A stretch of DNA of 64,000 nt from Botryllus schlosseri (taxonomy: Eukaryota), in contig CM119372.1 of assembly GCA_051294905.1 (NCBI GenBank), forward strand, positions 18,664,001 to 18,728,000, in the 5' to 3' direction. Below the pieces are notes generated by a model. That model was not told the origin of the DNA. It ran no database searches and worked only from the letters and a program-made list of their open reading frames with translations. Of the stretch, positions 47,714-59,873 are shown in pieces. The stretch's first letter is position 1, and each line of letters opens with the position of its first letter. The translations under genes and the position numbers were made by a program.

Positions 47714-48960
47714 CTCTGAACAGTCTGGCTGTAAAAAATGTTACGGTAGTTAAAAAAAATAAAATAGAAGAAAAATTAAACGATGGTAGCAAATGATCAA
47801 TGAAGCAATGTCTGGGCGAGGTAGGGCAACAGTGTTAGTGTAACGACAAGAGGTGATCAAGTAGGGCTTTTTTGAATCTATTACGAGGCAATTCACGGAT
47901 ATGCGGTGGTAATGCATTCCAGATGATAGGTCCCGAGTAGTCAATAGATCTCTTAGTTAGGTTGCTATTGGGTGGGGGTAAGTAGATATTTCCTTTAGAC
48001 GAGGATCTCGTGTAATTGGAGTGGACATTTTTAGCAGGCATGAAAAAGTCATCAAACACAGGAGGCAAACTATTGGAAAAATATTTGTGAATGATTTTTG
48101 ATCAAAGATTGACATCGAATGTGCGACGCATACGTACTTGAACATAGCCATCAAAAGATGTGTGTCAGGGTTTGAGTTGTAAAAGATGAGAAAGGTTTAA
48201 ATCACCTGAAATCGATGCCATTATAGAACAGAATCCATAACAACTCGGCTATGCGCCTGAATACATTGATTGGACGCGAGTATTTACAAGACAGGCAACC
48301 AACAAAACCGAGACCTCGATACTATAGTAGAGATGTCAATTTCCACTAGTAGAGATGTCAATTGCTCTGTGCGCGAAATGTGGCGATTGTCATCTCGTGC
48401 TGTGTACAGTAGAAATATGATATCTGATACGCCGGAACTGTCGCGTCTTCTGTGATTGTGATGTCAGACTGGCTCAGACATTGAACGTCGACGGAATTGA
48501 TTGAAATACATGCTGACCGTGAGCAGACAGCGGCGTAATTGATTTTGATTAGCGCTAATACTATGATTAGAAAATGTCTTTCAATCTCTTGAAATCGAAA
48601 CTTCTGACTCCTCTGAAATCGGAGTCACTAATGAATAGAGTCCGGAACAGACTTTCCATTTGGGAGATTAATTCCCGTAACTTTAATTTAGTAACCGTCG
48701 CCATTGGTGCATGTGCTTAACCATAAACTGATGCGACCTTGGTAAATTTGAAATTAATTCAATCAGTCCAGCGAGCGGCCGGCTGGCTACGCGCCTGCTT
48801 AATAGTATCGTAATTTTGTCACCGTATACAAGTGAGAGGTGATATTGAACGCTTGCGAGTCGGCTCATTTGTCAATTATGACGCACTATGACGCCAGCCC
48901 TTTGTGACGTCATCGATCCCGCATACCTAGGGAAAATCAGAGTTCAACGCCTATATGTAC

Positions 48961-50176
48961 CAGTGTTGCCAATTTAGCGATTTTCGCGCTAGATCTAGCG
49001 ATTTTTCATCCGGTTTAGCGCCAAAAAATATGGATCTAGCGCCTAGCGATAAATCTAGCGATTTCTGAAAAAGTATTTAGCGATTATTTAGCGCTTTTTT
49101 GCCGAAAATAACTAATAAAGATCAGTTCTGGCCGACGACTGCATTATGGCTATACCGGCCACCAGAGTGCGGACTCCGATGATATATACTTAATTACTTA
49201 TAGATTGCTAATCTACGCAACTCCTGGCGGTTACGCATGGGCAATGGGCATACAGTGTCTCTTCTTGCTGAGTAATCCAAACGTAGCATAATTGGCAGAG
49301 CTACATCTGGCGACCTGAGGGGTGAAATTTAATATAATTGGCCTTGATTGAAAGCTAGTGTCGCAGTGATTTCGAAAATACAAAATAAAATCTCATCAGG
49401 ACACCCCGAAACAGCCCTCAAAATCTGAAAACCGGCATTGCTCCAACAATTTCGCCGCCGCAACACAATGAACATAACAATGACCAATTCGGTACAGCGA
49501 TTGTTCTGATCAATGCCGATTTTCAGACTTAATGGGGGCTGTTTTGATGTCGTTTCATTGTCTTGACAAGAATGTAATTCGTATTGTCGGAATCAGTATG
49601 ACACTAGCTTTCGTTTAAGACCAGATTCATTAAATTTCATACCCCGGGTTGGTCCTCGGATTATTTTCTTAAGGACTCTACTTATAGTGACTGGCAAACC
49701 TGGTTCAAGTCGTGTCGTGTCGGGTTGAGTCGCATGTCGTGTACAGGTGTGTCAAGTCGTGTTGAATTACTCCAACACAGTTTATAGAAGTCAAGCGCAT
49801 TTCCACGGTACATCGCATCACGTATTCACGGACGCGTCGAGCAAGGCACGCTTATATAGTGAGCGGTTATGCCTGCAAACCTGGTCAGTGGTCACGTATA
49901 GCTATCATTGTGCAAAGCGATCTGCTTTATCGAAATGCACGGCACGTTTTGTCCCGCTTAGAGATGACTATTACGTATTATGAACTAGAAATATGATAAG
50001 TGACTTTGACTCCAGACGAGTAAAATATAGCTGAGAAGAATGTATTGATTATGGTTCAATTTAACACCTTCAGTAATTATTGCAGATTTAGCGCTTTTTT
50101 CTCAATATTTAGCGACATCTAGCGATTTTTTAGTCCGGTTTTAGCGATTTTCTTCCATCAATAGTTGGCAACACTG
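48961..50176. mobile_element. hAT-like MITE with TTAGCG/CTAGCG arrays
   Basis: TIRs CAGTGTTGCCAA / TTGGCAACACTG; perfect TSD ATATGTAC (48953-48960, 50177-50184). Confidence 0.92.
49315..49650. repeat. Degenerate foldback element nested in the TTAGCG MITE
   Basis: GGGGTGAAATTTAAT..GAAAGCTAGTGTC..AAACAGCCC..TCTGAAAA.CGGCATTG is mirrored by CAATGCCG.TTTTCAGA..GGGCTGTTT..GACACTAGCTTTC..ATTAAATTTCA.ACCCC. Confidence 0.65.
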
Positions 50177-51835
50177 ATATGTACCCAAGTGCTGTATGAC
50201 AGTGTAATATATTGTAATTTCGAAGATTGCGCTTTTCATCGAGGAGACATCTTGACATACAAAAGTCGGCGATACGTCTCAGTTTACTCAGAACTACTTG
50301 ATTCCCATCTACGTAAGTATTAAATCACATCATAAACTCTGACATTCGCCTACATTATATTATAATTTCTTTATAGCATATAAGAGCGCGCTAATTGTGA
50401 CAGTAGAGGCTATAGCTTCGTATCTATGCTGCATCTGTCGGTAGGCGAGGACGCTAAGTCAGCTAAAGGGATGTTCAAAGTGATCTATGGTCCCTAAACC
50501 TCGGACTATCTGCACCGTTACCGACTATTTCCAACTGTTGTTGTTGTTGTTGCAACAAGTTGCATAAGACTTATAAAAACAAATAATCCTATCCTTGCGG
50601 CCTCTTCGGTATATTATAGTCATTTATAGCCACCTACAAAATGAAATCAAACATTAAGGCAGTCGCTATGATCAAGCAGAGGTGGTCAAAGTAGTCAAGA
50701 AAGCTACTCAAGTAGAAGTAGCGACAAGAAATCTACTCAAGTACGAGTAGAAGTACTTCTTCAAGAAGCCACCTAAAACTACTTGAAGTAGAATTGACTG
50801 ACTTTAAATCTACTCAAGTAAGTAAGTAGTTTTGAAAGGAGTCTTAATTCGTTCGCATGGACTGTCAAAAGCTGCGAATTGAGCTATGCGGCAGGTGCAG
50901 AGAGCTTGGATTCGTATTGATGAATCCTAGGAGGTATCAATTTTTGACAGAATAAGCATTGTTTCGCATCATGGGATGCAAATTTTAGTATTGATATGAA
51001 AATGCGATAATAACCCTCCGTTACCGACAAGATATATATAGCGTAATGGTGAAGCGTCCGGCTTCTTGATCGGTAGGTCGTGGGTTCGATCCCCGGCCGG
51101 GTCAGACCAAAGACCTGATTAGTAACACTGGTATCCATGACTTCCCTGCTTGGCGCTCATGCATTACTGGGATAGCATGGAGGGGTGGTGCATGACTTAG
51201 AAAGCCGTAAAGCAGGGGTGGGCAAACTTTTGAGCTCGCGGGCCGCATTCAACATCTGAATCCATTCGCGGGCCGCACTGTATAAAATTGGGATTATAAA
51301 CCAAAACGCAATATTGATATTTGATTATATAGTGAGGATATGGAGATAATATATGTGCTTATTTAAAACAAGCCAAACATTGTTTTGACGCACACGCGTC
51401 AGAAACATATAGTGGCGATGAGATTTCATAGGCTGGCGGACCTCAATAACCAATTTGTCAAAACTATAGAGATGAAAGTCGGTTCACCCCATTCTTAGAA
51501 CAGGATTGAAATGGAAATCTGTGAGCAGCGATCTGTTCATAGATTTCCTAAATCCACTTTTGGTCCCGTTCCAGGACACACAATACGGACAGCATCATAA
51601 CCATGTTAGCTTCAAACACGCTTCTACTGTGTGTAGAATGTAGATAAAAAATAAATACCCCAATTCTACGCATACATACAAGGAATCTACCTAAGACACG
51701 CCCGAATCGTTTCTTATGAGAACATCACTGAAATAATTAAAAATGGAGTGGCCAATCTGAAATCCCACTGGTGATCCAAATTATGTCAATCTCGTGGCAG
51801 CTATCCCGCTGTGATATTAAGTATTTACCTTAGAT

Positions 51836-52148
51836 CAGCGGTTCTCAAACTTTAAGACACGCCCCCTCCTTATGATGGTGAATGATTTCGCGCCCCTTTA
51901 TCGTCATATCACAAACGCAACCAGGATGCTAGCCAACCTAACAGTTAGTTTGATGGCATGGAAGGTTACGTCTGTGGATAAGAGATTTAAAAATATGTAA
52001 TTCAGACTAAATACAGAGCAATAACTGTGAATTGGATGTAAATCGCGCGAAGTGCGAAAATTTTTTTCAGTTGAGCTCAGCTTCGCGCCCCCATTCAGAT
52101 GCTTTCACGCCCCCACGGGTGGCGTGCCCACCAGTTTGAGAACCACTG
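51836..52148. mobile_element. Short Buster-type hAT MITE
   Basis: CAGCGGTTCTCAAAC / GTTTGAGAACCACTG; TSD CCTTAGAT/TCTTAGAA; homologue of 25770-26069. Confidence 0.85.
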
Positions 52149-52167
52149 TCTTAGAATTATCATATAC

Positions 52168-53095
52168 CAGTGTTGGGATGACTCGAGTCATGACTTGACT
52201 CGAGTCAGACTCGAGTCACCTTTTTCGTATGACTTGACTTGACTCGAGTCACTTTGATAAAATGACTTGACTTGACTTGACTCGGCGTATCAGAAATGTG
52301 GATTGACTCGTGACTCGGAGCAAAATTCACGAGTCAATTTCAAGTCATCAAGTAATCGGTGTCGATATAAAAACTGTATCTTGCATATGGTCGGATTGTT
52401 CGCGAAACGCTGGTGTAACCCGTGAGAGCGACCAATCATTCAATGATCGTGCGTTTTACTGATCTCTCACAAAGACATTGACCGCAAACGAAGTGATTTA
52501 TGCTTACAGGTTACGTTGTCGTAAGCTAGTTTAGTAAAGTAATTTTGTAGCAAAAAGTGTACATTTCTGTTCTCTGTTTTTACCTTAACCAAACCTCTTG
52601 TTTTATTGAAATTATATTCGAATATAGTTTATATGGACCTCGGCCATTGGCACAGGCACGAATTGTATCATATCAATTTGTAAATGGGTAATGTAATGCA
52701 TCTTATCAGTTTGTTTCTTTATTCTCTATTTTGGCTGGTAACTATTAACTGATGCTATGCAATTACTTTCGTAGTTTAACAGTTCTACGTACATGTGGCC
52801 GATGCAGCGCTTTCATGCGCGTATATTTAACTCTATATTCGTTCATCGGTTCAGAATCAATGACCACTCAATCTGTATTTCAGACAGATAGCAAAATGCA
52901 ATGACATAATCATGCCTCATACTTCGAAAAGGCAACTTGACTTGAATTGTGACTTGACTCGTGACTTGACTTGACTTGACTCGACTTGACTCGAGTCACC
53001 TTTGCAAATCGATTGACTTGACTTGACTCGAGTCAAAATATGCAATGACTCGAAATGACTCGTGACTCGAAGGTAGTGACTTGATCCCAACACTG
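52168..53095. mobile_element. Intact CAGTGTTGGGAT / GACTCGAGTC-array MITE
   Basis: TIRs CAGTGTTGGGAT / ATCCCAACACTG; perfect TSD TCATATAC (52160-52167, 53096-53103). Confidence 0.93.
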
Positions 53096-53535
53096 TCATA
53101 TACTAAGAAAAACAATTTCACACATATTTTTGTGATAATTTTATCATCATTTAAAAAATTTTCTTTAGACTCTCGCGGGCCGCACAGAACGGTGTTGCGG
53201 GCCGCATGCGGCCCGCGGGCCGTAGTTTGCCCACCCCTGCCGTAAAGGCTATATCTGCACTTCCTTGTCCAGCGGCATATGCACTCATGGTATGCATATG
53301 CACAGATCGTGTGTATGTGTATCATGAGTCGGTGTATATGCCGCAAAAACATCAAGGACAAAAATAAACTACGTCCTTTACTAGAAGACCCCGTTTTTAG
53401 AGAATATCATGGCATAGCTCCATACCCCATATTATATGGCTCAAGTTTAGGCGAAGAGCAATACGTAGAAGTTGCATCGGATACGGTTTCATAACTTTGC
53501 GCGATTAATATACGTTAGTAACAAATATTGTAGAT

Positions 53536-55066
53536 CAGTGGTTCTTAACCTTGCCCCCAGCGCCCCCCAGGGGGCGCTGGCGATGTTGAAGGGGGGCGGA
53601 AACGCTCAGGGGGCGATATGGGGGGCGCTGGGCTCAAGGGGGCGGTATGGGGGGCGCTGGAGAAAAATGGCTTCGCAGTAGATGATGTGGTGATAGGACA
53701 TATCCTTAATGAGTATTCAGAGCAAATTAACACCGAAAACTTCGTTACATATAGCCTTCAAAATACATATAGGTTTAATTGTCCATGGGCGCCTAAATGA
53801 CTGACACCGAATGTTCCTGTCTTGGAAATCTGAACCCCAGAAGACGAATTCCATCTGGCAGGGAAAAATTATATGTCAGTGAAGAAATACCAATCTGAAA
53901 TCGTGTGCGTCTTTTAGTTTAGTACGATTGGGCGACAGGGATATTCCTGTTGGGCGATATCCCCGTTGAGCGATTCTATATATTTTGATATTGCAGACAA
54001 TGGGTCACGAAATAACATCATGCAACGAGGTCATACCAACGGGTTCGCCTGCCCGAATATGTTTAATTATTGATAACGGGCCCTACAGTTTCCAAGAAAC
54101 CTCACAATGTTCGCTTTAAGTTTTGATGAGTCTGTGCACACTCAACAACTCACTGCGCTGACCCTTGGACAACAGTGCGTAACGACTAAAAAAAGGTAAT
54201 AACTCCGGATTTGTTGTGCGCAACGTAGATTTTCTGTGCGCAGAGAACGTGTCAGCACTGCGCACGTGCGCAGCTTAGAGGGAACATTGCACCTAACTCA
54301 GCTCTACCGGTAAATGTGTTTACGTGAGCAGAGAGAGGATAAAAATTGATCTCAATTTACATGCAATTCCCGATGATATTGACCAATTCAATCATTAATT
54401 AGTGAAATTTTTCGCACTTCGCGCGACTAGGCGAGAATAGCTCCCTCAGTAAATGTACACCCAATGTAGATACCTAATAGGCTATCAGCAAATAGCGGAC
54501 AGCCTAATGGGGGTCTGGGAGCGAAGTCCCCCGGAAGTTTGGTTTATCACCCGATGGGGGCCCTGGACCAACGTTTTATGTTTGGGGAGGGGGGCTGACG
54601 AAGTGCTGTTACGGCCCTGGTAACGAATAATTGTACCTGCGGGAACGCCCGAATATGTTTAATTATTAATTACGTGCCCCTTATTTTCCTATACAACAGC
54701 TCACTCAGTGCTACTGGTAAATCTGATTACGTGGGCTGAGAGGATAAAAAGTTTATAGCAACTTATAAATGTAATTACCATGCATTATAGCAAATTTTGG
54801 TACCTAGGGCGACCAGGCCACACAAACTTTGCTGACCATCAAAATCACGATATGCGGTTCGTGGGGGCGAAGCCCTCAGAAGTTCGGTTTATCACGCTAT
54901 GGGTGCGCAAGGCAATCGTTTTTAGGGGGGTTGACGAAGTGCTGTTACGGCCCTCCCTCTTACTCATTGTCTTTATTACATTCCTTACAATATGATGTTG
55001 AGGGGGCGCTGGAGCACGATAATTTTTGAAAGGGGGCGCTGGACGAAAAAAGGTTAAGAACCACTG
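53536..55066. mobile_element. Buster-type hAT MITE with GGGGCG arrays, carrying fragments of other MITE ends
   Basis: TIRs CAGTGGTTCTTAACC / GGTTAAGAACCACTG; perfect TSD TTGTAGAT (53528-53535, 55067-55074). Internal orphan ends include CTTAGAGGGAACATTG (~54290) and GTTACGGCCCTG (~54620, ~54953). Confidence 0.9.
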
Positions 55067-56594
55067 TTGTAGATCGTAAAGTTATATTTAGTGTAGCTTT
55101 ATTTTCGGAAAATAGAGGCATTACTACATTTTCTTTTATGCTTCAACATGTATGTTCTGCACTGCAGACATAAGATCTGAAAGTAATTAAAACTCAAGGT
55201 ATGATACTCGGATTGAAAGTGAAATACAAATACCACTTCTAAAAATCGGAAAATATATTTCATGTCTTTCGTCCATAAAGCTTCAAAGGTGATCTGCTAA
55301 AATAGGTGTAACGTTAAAAAAAGCCGGATTTTCCAGTTTAGCATGACACGTAATGGGCTGTTAGATTACTAAATGATAGGTAATTGCTAGATTGCGAAAC
55401 GCTACTTTCAAACGTTATGGTGGGTCATATTTACTGTGATGAAATATTTGATATGGGTGACAATTTGTGGCGTGAGCGGAACCAAGCAATCCGGTACCTA
55501 AGTTATATTCACCGATACTTTCGTGAAAACATATTTGGCACTCCACAACTACTGCGCGAAGCGCAACAAAATTACTGGGCTTTACTTGACTTTTATGGTT
55601 ATTAAATGTCGGTACAACGTGAAAACAGCCCCGAAATTCCTCAGGCTATCTTTCGTATTGGGGGATTAAACTACTTCTACTTGACAAACTGAAAATAGCG
55701 AAAAGTAAGTAAGTAGATCACAAAATATTACGAAGTAGAAGTAGAGTAAGTACCAGAAGTAGAGGAAAACTACTTGAGTACTTCCAAAAAGTAGAAGTAC
55801 TTCGTTACTGACCAGTGACCACCTTTGGTGTTGTCAGCCAACAACTGCTGCTGTTGAACGTTCTTTCTACATTCTTGGCAAGCTACTTAGTAAGGACTGA
55901 CACTTTCTACCCGAGAATGTAGGAAAGTGTCTTTTGTTGTACTACAAAAAATTTAATCATTTCCACCATAATCCGCAATGTAACTACTGGAATTCGTCTT
56001 CATAGGGCCAGATTTCGTTAAAATAAAGTTTAGCCATGTGAAAATTTGTCAGTTTTTGAGGCAAAAAAGTTTTTTTTTTCAGGCCAAACTATACTGCGTA
56101 TAAGGACAGGCAGTTCCGACCAAAAATGAAGTTAAGTAGTACAAATCTAATGCTATGTGCGAAAATACCTAATTTGCATACGTTAGGTCAAAATTAAGAC
56201 TTTTAAGGTAAAAAAAATGTCAAAATTTTGATTTTTAGCTCAAAATCTTCCGTTTTCCAGGTAAAAAAACGCCCTACTTATTACATCGTACAAACACACG
56301 CGAGTCGATGGATCATCCATGCCGGCCAACTATCATATGGTTGACGTGAAAGATCATCGTTCTATCAAATATGCCGGACCTGCAGTGTTGAGCAGTATCT
56401 CGCAGGCTACACGACAGTCGAAATACAATCAATTTCTACTGAATGAATACTAGTCAAACCTCAGGTTTAGAGGACCACGACCTGACCTAACCTGACATAT
56501 CGATCTCGCCTTCCGTCACTTGCCGCCTCTTTTGTCGCCTGTCCTTAATATATTTCTTATACTTTTCATTCAGTATGCAGTTGTGCGTGTGTGT

Positions 56595-56960
56595 CAGTAT
56601 CAGTTTTTATTAATATTTCAATCATTTCAAAACACCACAATAAAGCTGCGATACAATGAAAAGATGGGAAGGTGTTGAAACGATCGACTTGGAGTAGTCT
56701 TTGAAATAATACACCCACCTTGGCCTAGGCGAAGTAGAGAAGGAGCATGCACATGCTCAGTTGCACACTGAATGAAAAGTAAAGCAGAGAATATAAAAGG
56801 CAAGCATGCATGCCTCTTCTTTACATCGCCTAGGCCCAGGTGGGTGTCTGATTTATTCAAAGACTACTCCATCCAGTTTCGACACCTTCTTATCTTTTCA
56901 TTGTATAGCAGTCTTGTGGTCTATTGAAGTGATGAAGTAGTTAATAATAAATTGATTGAT
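56595..56960. repeat. Foldback (long inverted repeat) MITE-like element, with a third arm copy at ~57180-57345
   Basis: GGAGTAGTCTTTGAA..ACACCCACCT.GGCCTAGGCGA.GTA.AGAAG is mirrored by CTTCT.TACATCGCCTAGGCC.AGGTGGGTGT..TTCAAAGACTACTCC; outer arms extend to TTATTAA / TTAATAA. Confidence 0.7.
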
Positions 56961-59873
56961 AGTTTACCCACTGCTGATCAGTATTTCGTCGGCAATCCGG
57001 CAGTCGTCGAGCATGCCCCGTCCAAATTCAAGTCAAAATACAAACGGATCCTACTAATAACTAAATGACTGCTACTCTGTGCTCGTGAATAATCAATGGT
57101 ATCATTGTGATTACTGTATCACGATCTATCACATCTTTTTCATTGCTTGTCTATTTTATGTTGCCTTGTGTTCCTTTCATTCAGTGTAAATGCCTCCTAT
57201 TTACATGTTCCAGCTAGGAAATCTAGGCCAAGGTGGATGTTGATTGAAAGACTACTCGATTTCGTTCAGATCATTCCTATCTATTCTTTTCATCGCAATC
57301 TTGTGGTATTTTGAAATGATGAAATTAATAAAGTGAAATGGGCTGATCAAAACTGATCCAGTCTCTACTGGGCGAGTAGGCGAGCGAAGTACCACACCAC
57401 AAGAGGCGAACGCGTGTTTTGCGTCGAAAAGGCGGGACAGCAGCGGCAGAAACAACCAATGCATGCAACAGAGCTGCCTGTAGCCCTGGATTCGGTGTCA
57501 CGCGCTGATGTTTTGCGAAAGTCGTCCGTTTTATGCGCCGGGTGCTGCAATTCAAGTTGAGTTTTAGTACGATTCAAAAATAATTCAGTAAAAAATTTAC
57601 CCTGCGAAATTTTTAGGACCAGACTGTAGTGATGGTATCGTGTTACAGTGACTATAGCAGTGAAGTTCATGTTCATTGTTCATGGCCGGCGAGGCATGGG
57701 CGTAGGCCACTTTGGAGTCAGATTTACAAATATAGATATATAATCCCAAAAGGCTACCTAAGAGACTACCGCATATCCATAATTAAAGGTTGGAATGGAT
57801 GGAAAATATACATCAGTAACGCACGGAAGGAACATATTGGTTTTGCGAAGATGGATTAGTGGTATAGCATATACTGGCGGATTGTTAGCCACAGGCCCAC
57901 AGCTACAATCAGTCATGCAGATCAATCTGTGTACCGTCATTGAACATAATATTCTCAGCTGTTAATGATGTATATCGCTTCTCACAGACGCGAAGCTTAT
58001 GCTTATGGCTCGTCTGCCTTGACTCTCCTTTCACGCTATATTTTTGAACAATGAAATTGTTTCACTTCAGTTATTCATGAACTTCGATAGAATGTACCAA
58101 TAAGATAACCGTTGACACAATTTTCTTGCACTCATCCTGACGACAGGTGAGGCACTGTCTCACTTGCCTCCCCTGACCGCACGTCACTCTATGGTGATCA
58201 TCTAGCCCAGGGCTTCCCAAACTATAGTTTGCAAAAAAATATTGTGCAGTCTCGAAGCAATTTTCATTGCCAAGCCATGGATACAACTGACGGTTTATAC
58301 TTGAGGATATACATTGTGAAGCACTTTCTATACACAGATCAGTGATCATGTCATCCTTGAAGTGTTAGTAGTTGAGCGTACCGGTCCAAGCTGCATGCAT
58401 ATGCCCCTCTATGGAATCTCGGTTAATTTTTTTTATATAAATCCTGTGTGATGAGAGCTTTTCTGCATAGAATAATCAAGTAATTGAACATAAAGTTCCG
58501 CGTGATGTTGCCACTAATCCCTCTGTGGCGCCATTTTGCTTAAATTGCTTGGCTATTATACTCTCTACCAAGACCTTCGCAAGCAGGCAAAGTAGTCATG
58601 AAAGTGAAGCCACAGAACTGTTTCCTCTTGATCTTCCACGTTCTGAATGTTGGTTCTCACATGCTAGCCAAATCAGCACGTAATGTTCTTGTATACTACA
58701 GCGTGGTTGGTCTGACATTTGGTTTCTACGTGACTGCCTCTGTTGCTTTGCTAGACTGAAGGTCATACGGTAGGCAATGAGAGTCTGACATCTGGTGCGT
58801 GCCTGAAAAAAACTTGCATTTCTTCCCATTTCAACGTGATGGTAATTTGCATCAAACTGCTTTGTGAATTCGTCTGAATTGTAAACCGATCAGTGTTTAT
58901 TCTATAAAACATTGACTTGGTTTAGTTGTTTAGACTTGTGTGGAAGCACTGGAACGGCATAGGAAAAAATAGCAAACATATGATAAGTCGTGATTCGTGA
59001 AGAAAAATGTATGATGAAACATTTGTACTGTCAGTTTTGTATCTTGAAACAAAGATTCAAAAAGCATAAATCTCTCCAAAAACAGTACTGTAAAAACAAG
59101 CATGCGAAATATTCTGGTACGTAGAAGGAATGTTTTTAAAGACATCTTGAAAACTGTTGGAGCAACCCTCATCGTGCCTTAACGTCTTATGCCATGTAGT
59201 GAATAGATGACTCAGGTCAAAATCACACAATAGATGGCCATTTTATTTTATAAATAGGCTACTTTCCTGTTCTTATTTTTGGAATTAATTCATTGAAAGG
59301 GCATTTGATATTAGCAGTGGCACATGTAGGCCTATCCTTGCAGGACTTTTATCAGTCAAATATATCATCCACACGCTATCGCCCATTGACGGTTTGTGCT
59401 GAAATTTGCCTTCTAAAATGTGTTAGCAAAGCAAAAAAGTTTGACAATTCGTGGTATTGTCTGGTACTGCCTTATCCAGTACAAGAGCAGAAATCAAAGT
59501 TTTGAATAAAGTTTGACTTTTTTATCAGAAACGATAAATCAATCTAATGAAATACAAAACGGATTGGATAATGAACTTAAATCAACTCCAGAACAGAGTA
59601 CGGCAGGGATTCTGATTTATTCAACTATACAGTTTCCACTTGTCTTCTTCAGCTCTGCTGCTGGTGACTTGATTGGTGGTGGCCTGATTCTGAGCTATTC
59701 GAATTTGTTTACCGTCTGCATGTAATACTGCAAGACCTCTCCTATGAAACTCAATTTCTTCGTTCTTTTAGCATACGAACATAATTCATATATCTCAGAC
59801 CTTTACCTTTTTTTTGATAAGCGGGAGCTTATATTCCTATTCCTGATAAAACCGGTACATGAAACGTAGCAAA

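Larger units (their letters stand above)
38745..48160 (-). mobile_element. 5'-truncated non-LTR retrotransposon (CR1/L2/Crack group): ORF2 C-terminus, 3' UTR and (CT)n tail, interrupted by two DNA transposons
   Basis: 47835-48068 (-) encodes LPPVFDDFF...HSNYTRSS...YLP......RSIDYSGPIIWNALP..I......FKKALLDHL, the typical CR1/L2-group ORF2 end. The tail reads AATAAAGA(CT)n on the minus strand at ~38745-38825. Flanking direct repeat TGTGTCAG at 38737-38744 and 48161-48168. Confidence 0.75.
38129..48957. mobile_element. CATAGGCG-terminated DNA element (probably hAT), outer shell of a five-level nest
   Basis: Left TIR CATAGGCGCTGAACTC, right GAGTTCAACGCCTATATG; GCATACCTAGG subterminal motif at both ends. 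TSD CACCCAAG (38121-38128) versus TACCCAAG, recovered after removing the 48961-50176 MITE. Confidence 0.7.
51213..53239. mobile_element. Buster-type hAT MITE (GCGGGCCGC arrays) containing two nested MITEs
   Basis: TIRs CAGGGGTGGGCAAAC / GTTTGCCCACCCCTG; perfect TSD CCGTAAAG (51205-51212, 53240-53247). Confidence 0.92.
51035..53370 (+). mobile_element. tRNA-derived SINE (MetaSINE-like core) split by a hAT MITE
   Basis: A box TAGCGTAATGG (~51039) and B box GGTTCGATCCC (~51083), then GTCAGACCAAAGAC...TGGTATCCATGACTTCCCTGCTTGGCGCTCA, which resembles the Meta domain as I recall it. Sequence resumes after the TSD at 53248. Confidence 0.7.
50677..55827. mobile_element. hAT-like MITE with AAGTA/TACTC arrays enclosing a SINE and further MITEs
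   Basis: Ends CAGAGGTGGTCA / TGACCACCTTTG; AAGTAG/CTACT arrays at 50690-50830 and 55670-55810. No TSD match, so pairing of the two ends is inferred. Confidence 0.6.

Noticed and set aside
51035..51105. tRNA gene
   Set aside because: It has A and B boxes but no acceptor stem or poly-T terminator, and it continues into a SINE core.
58080..58900. Possible highly degraded integrase/transposase remnant
   Set aside because: Only vague resemblance across many stops and no termini; unsupported without a database search.
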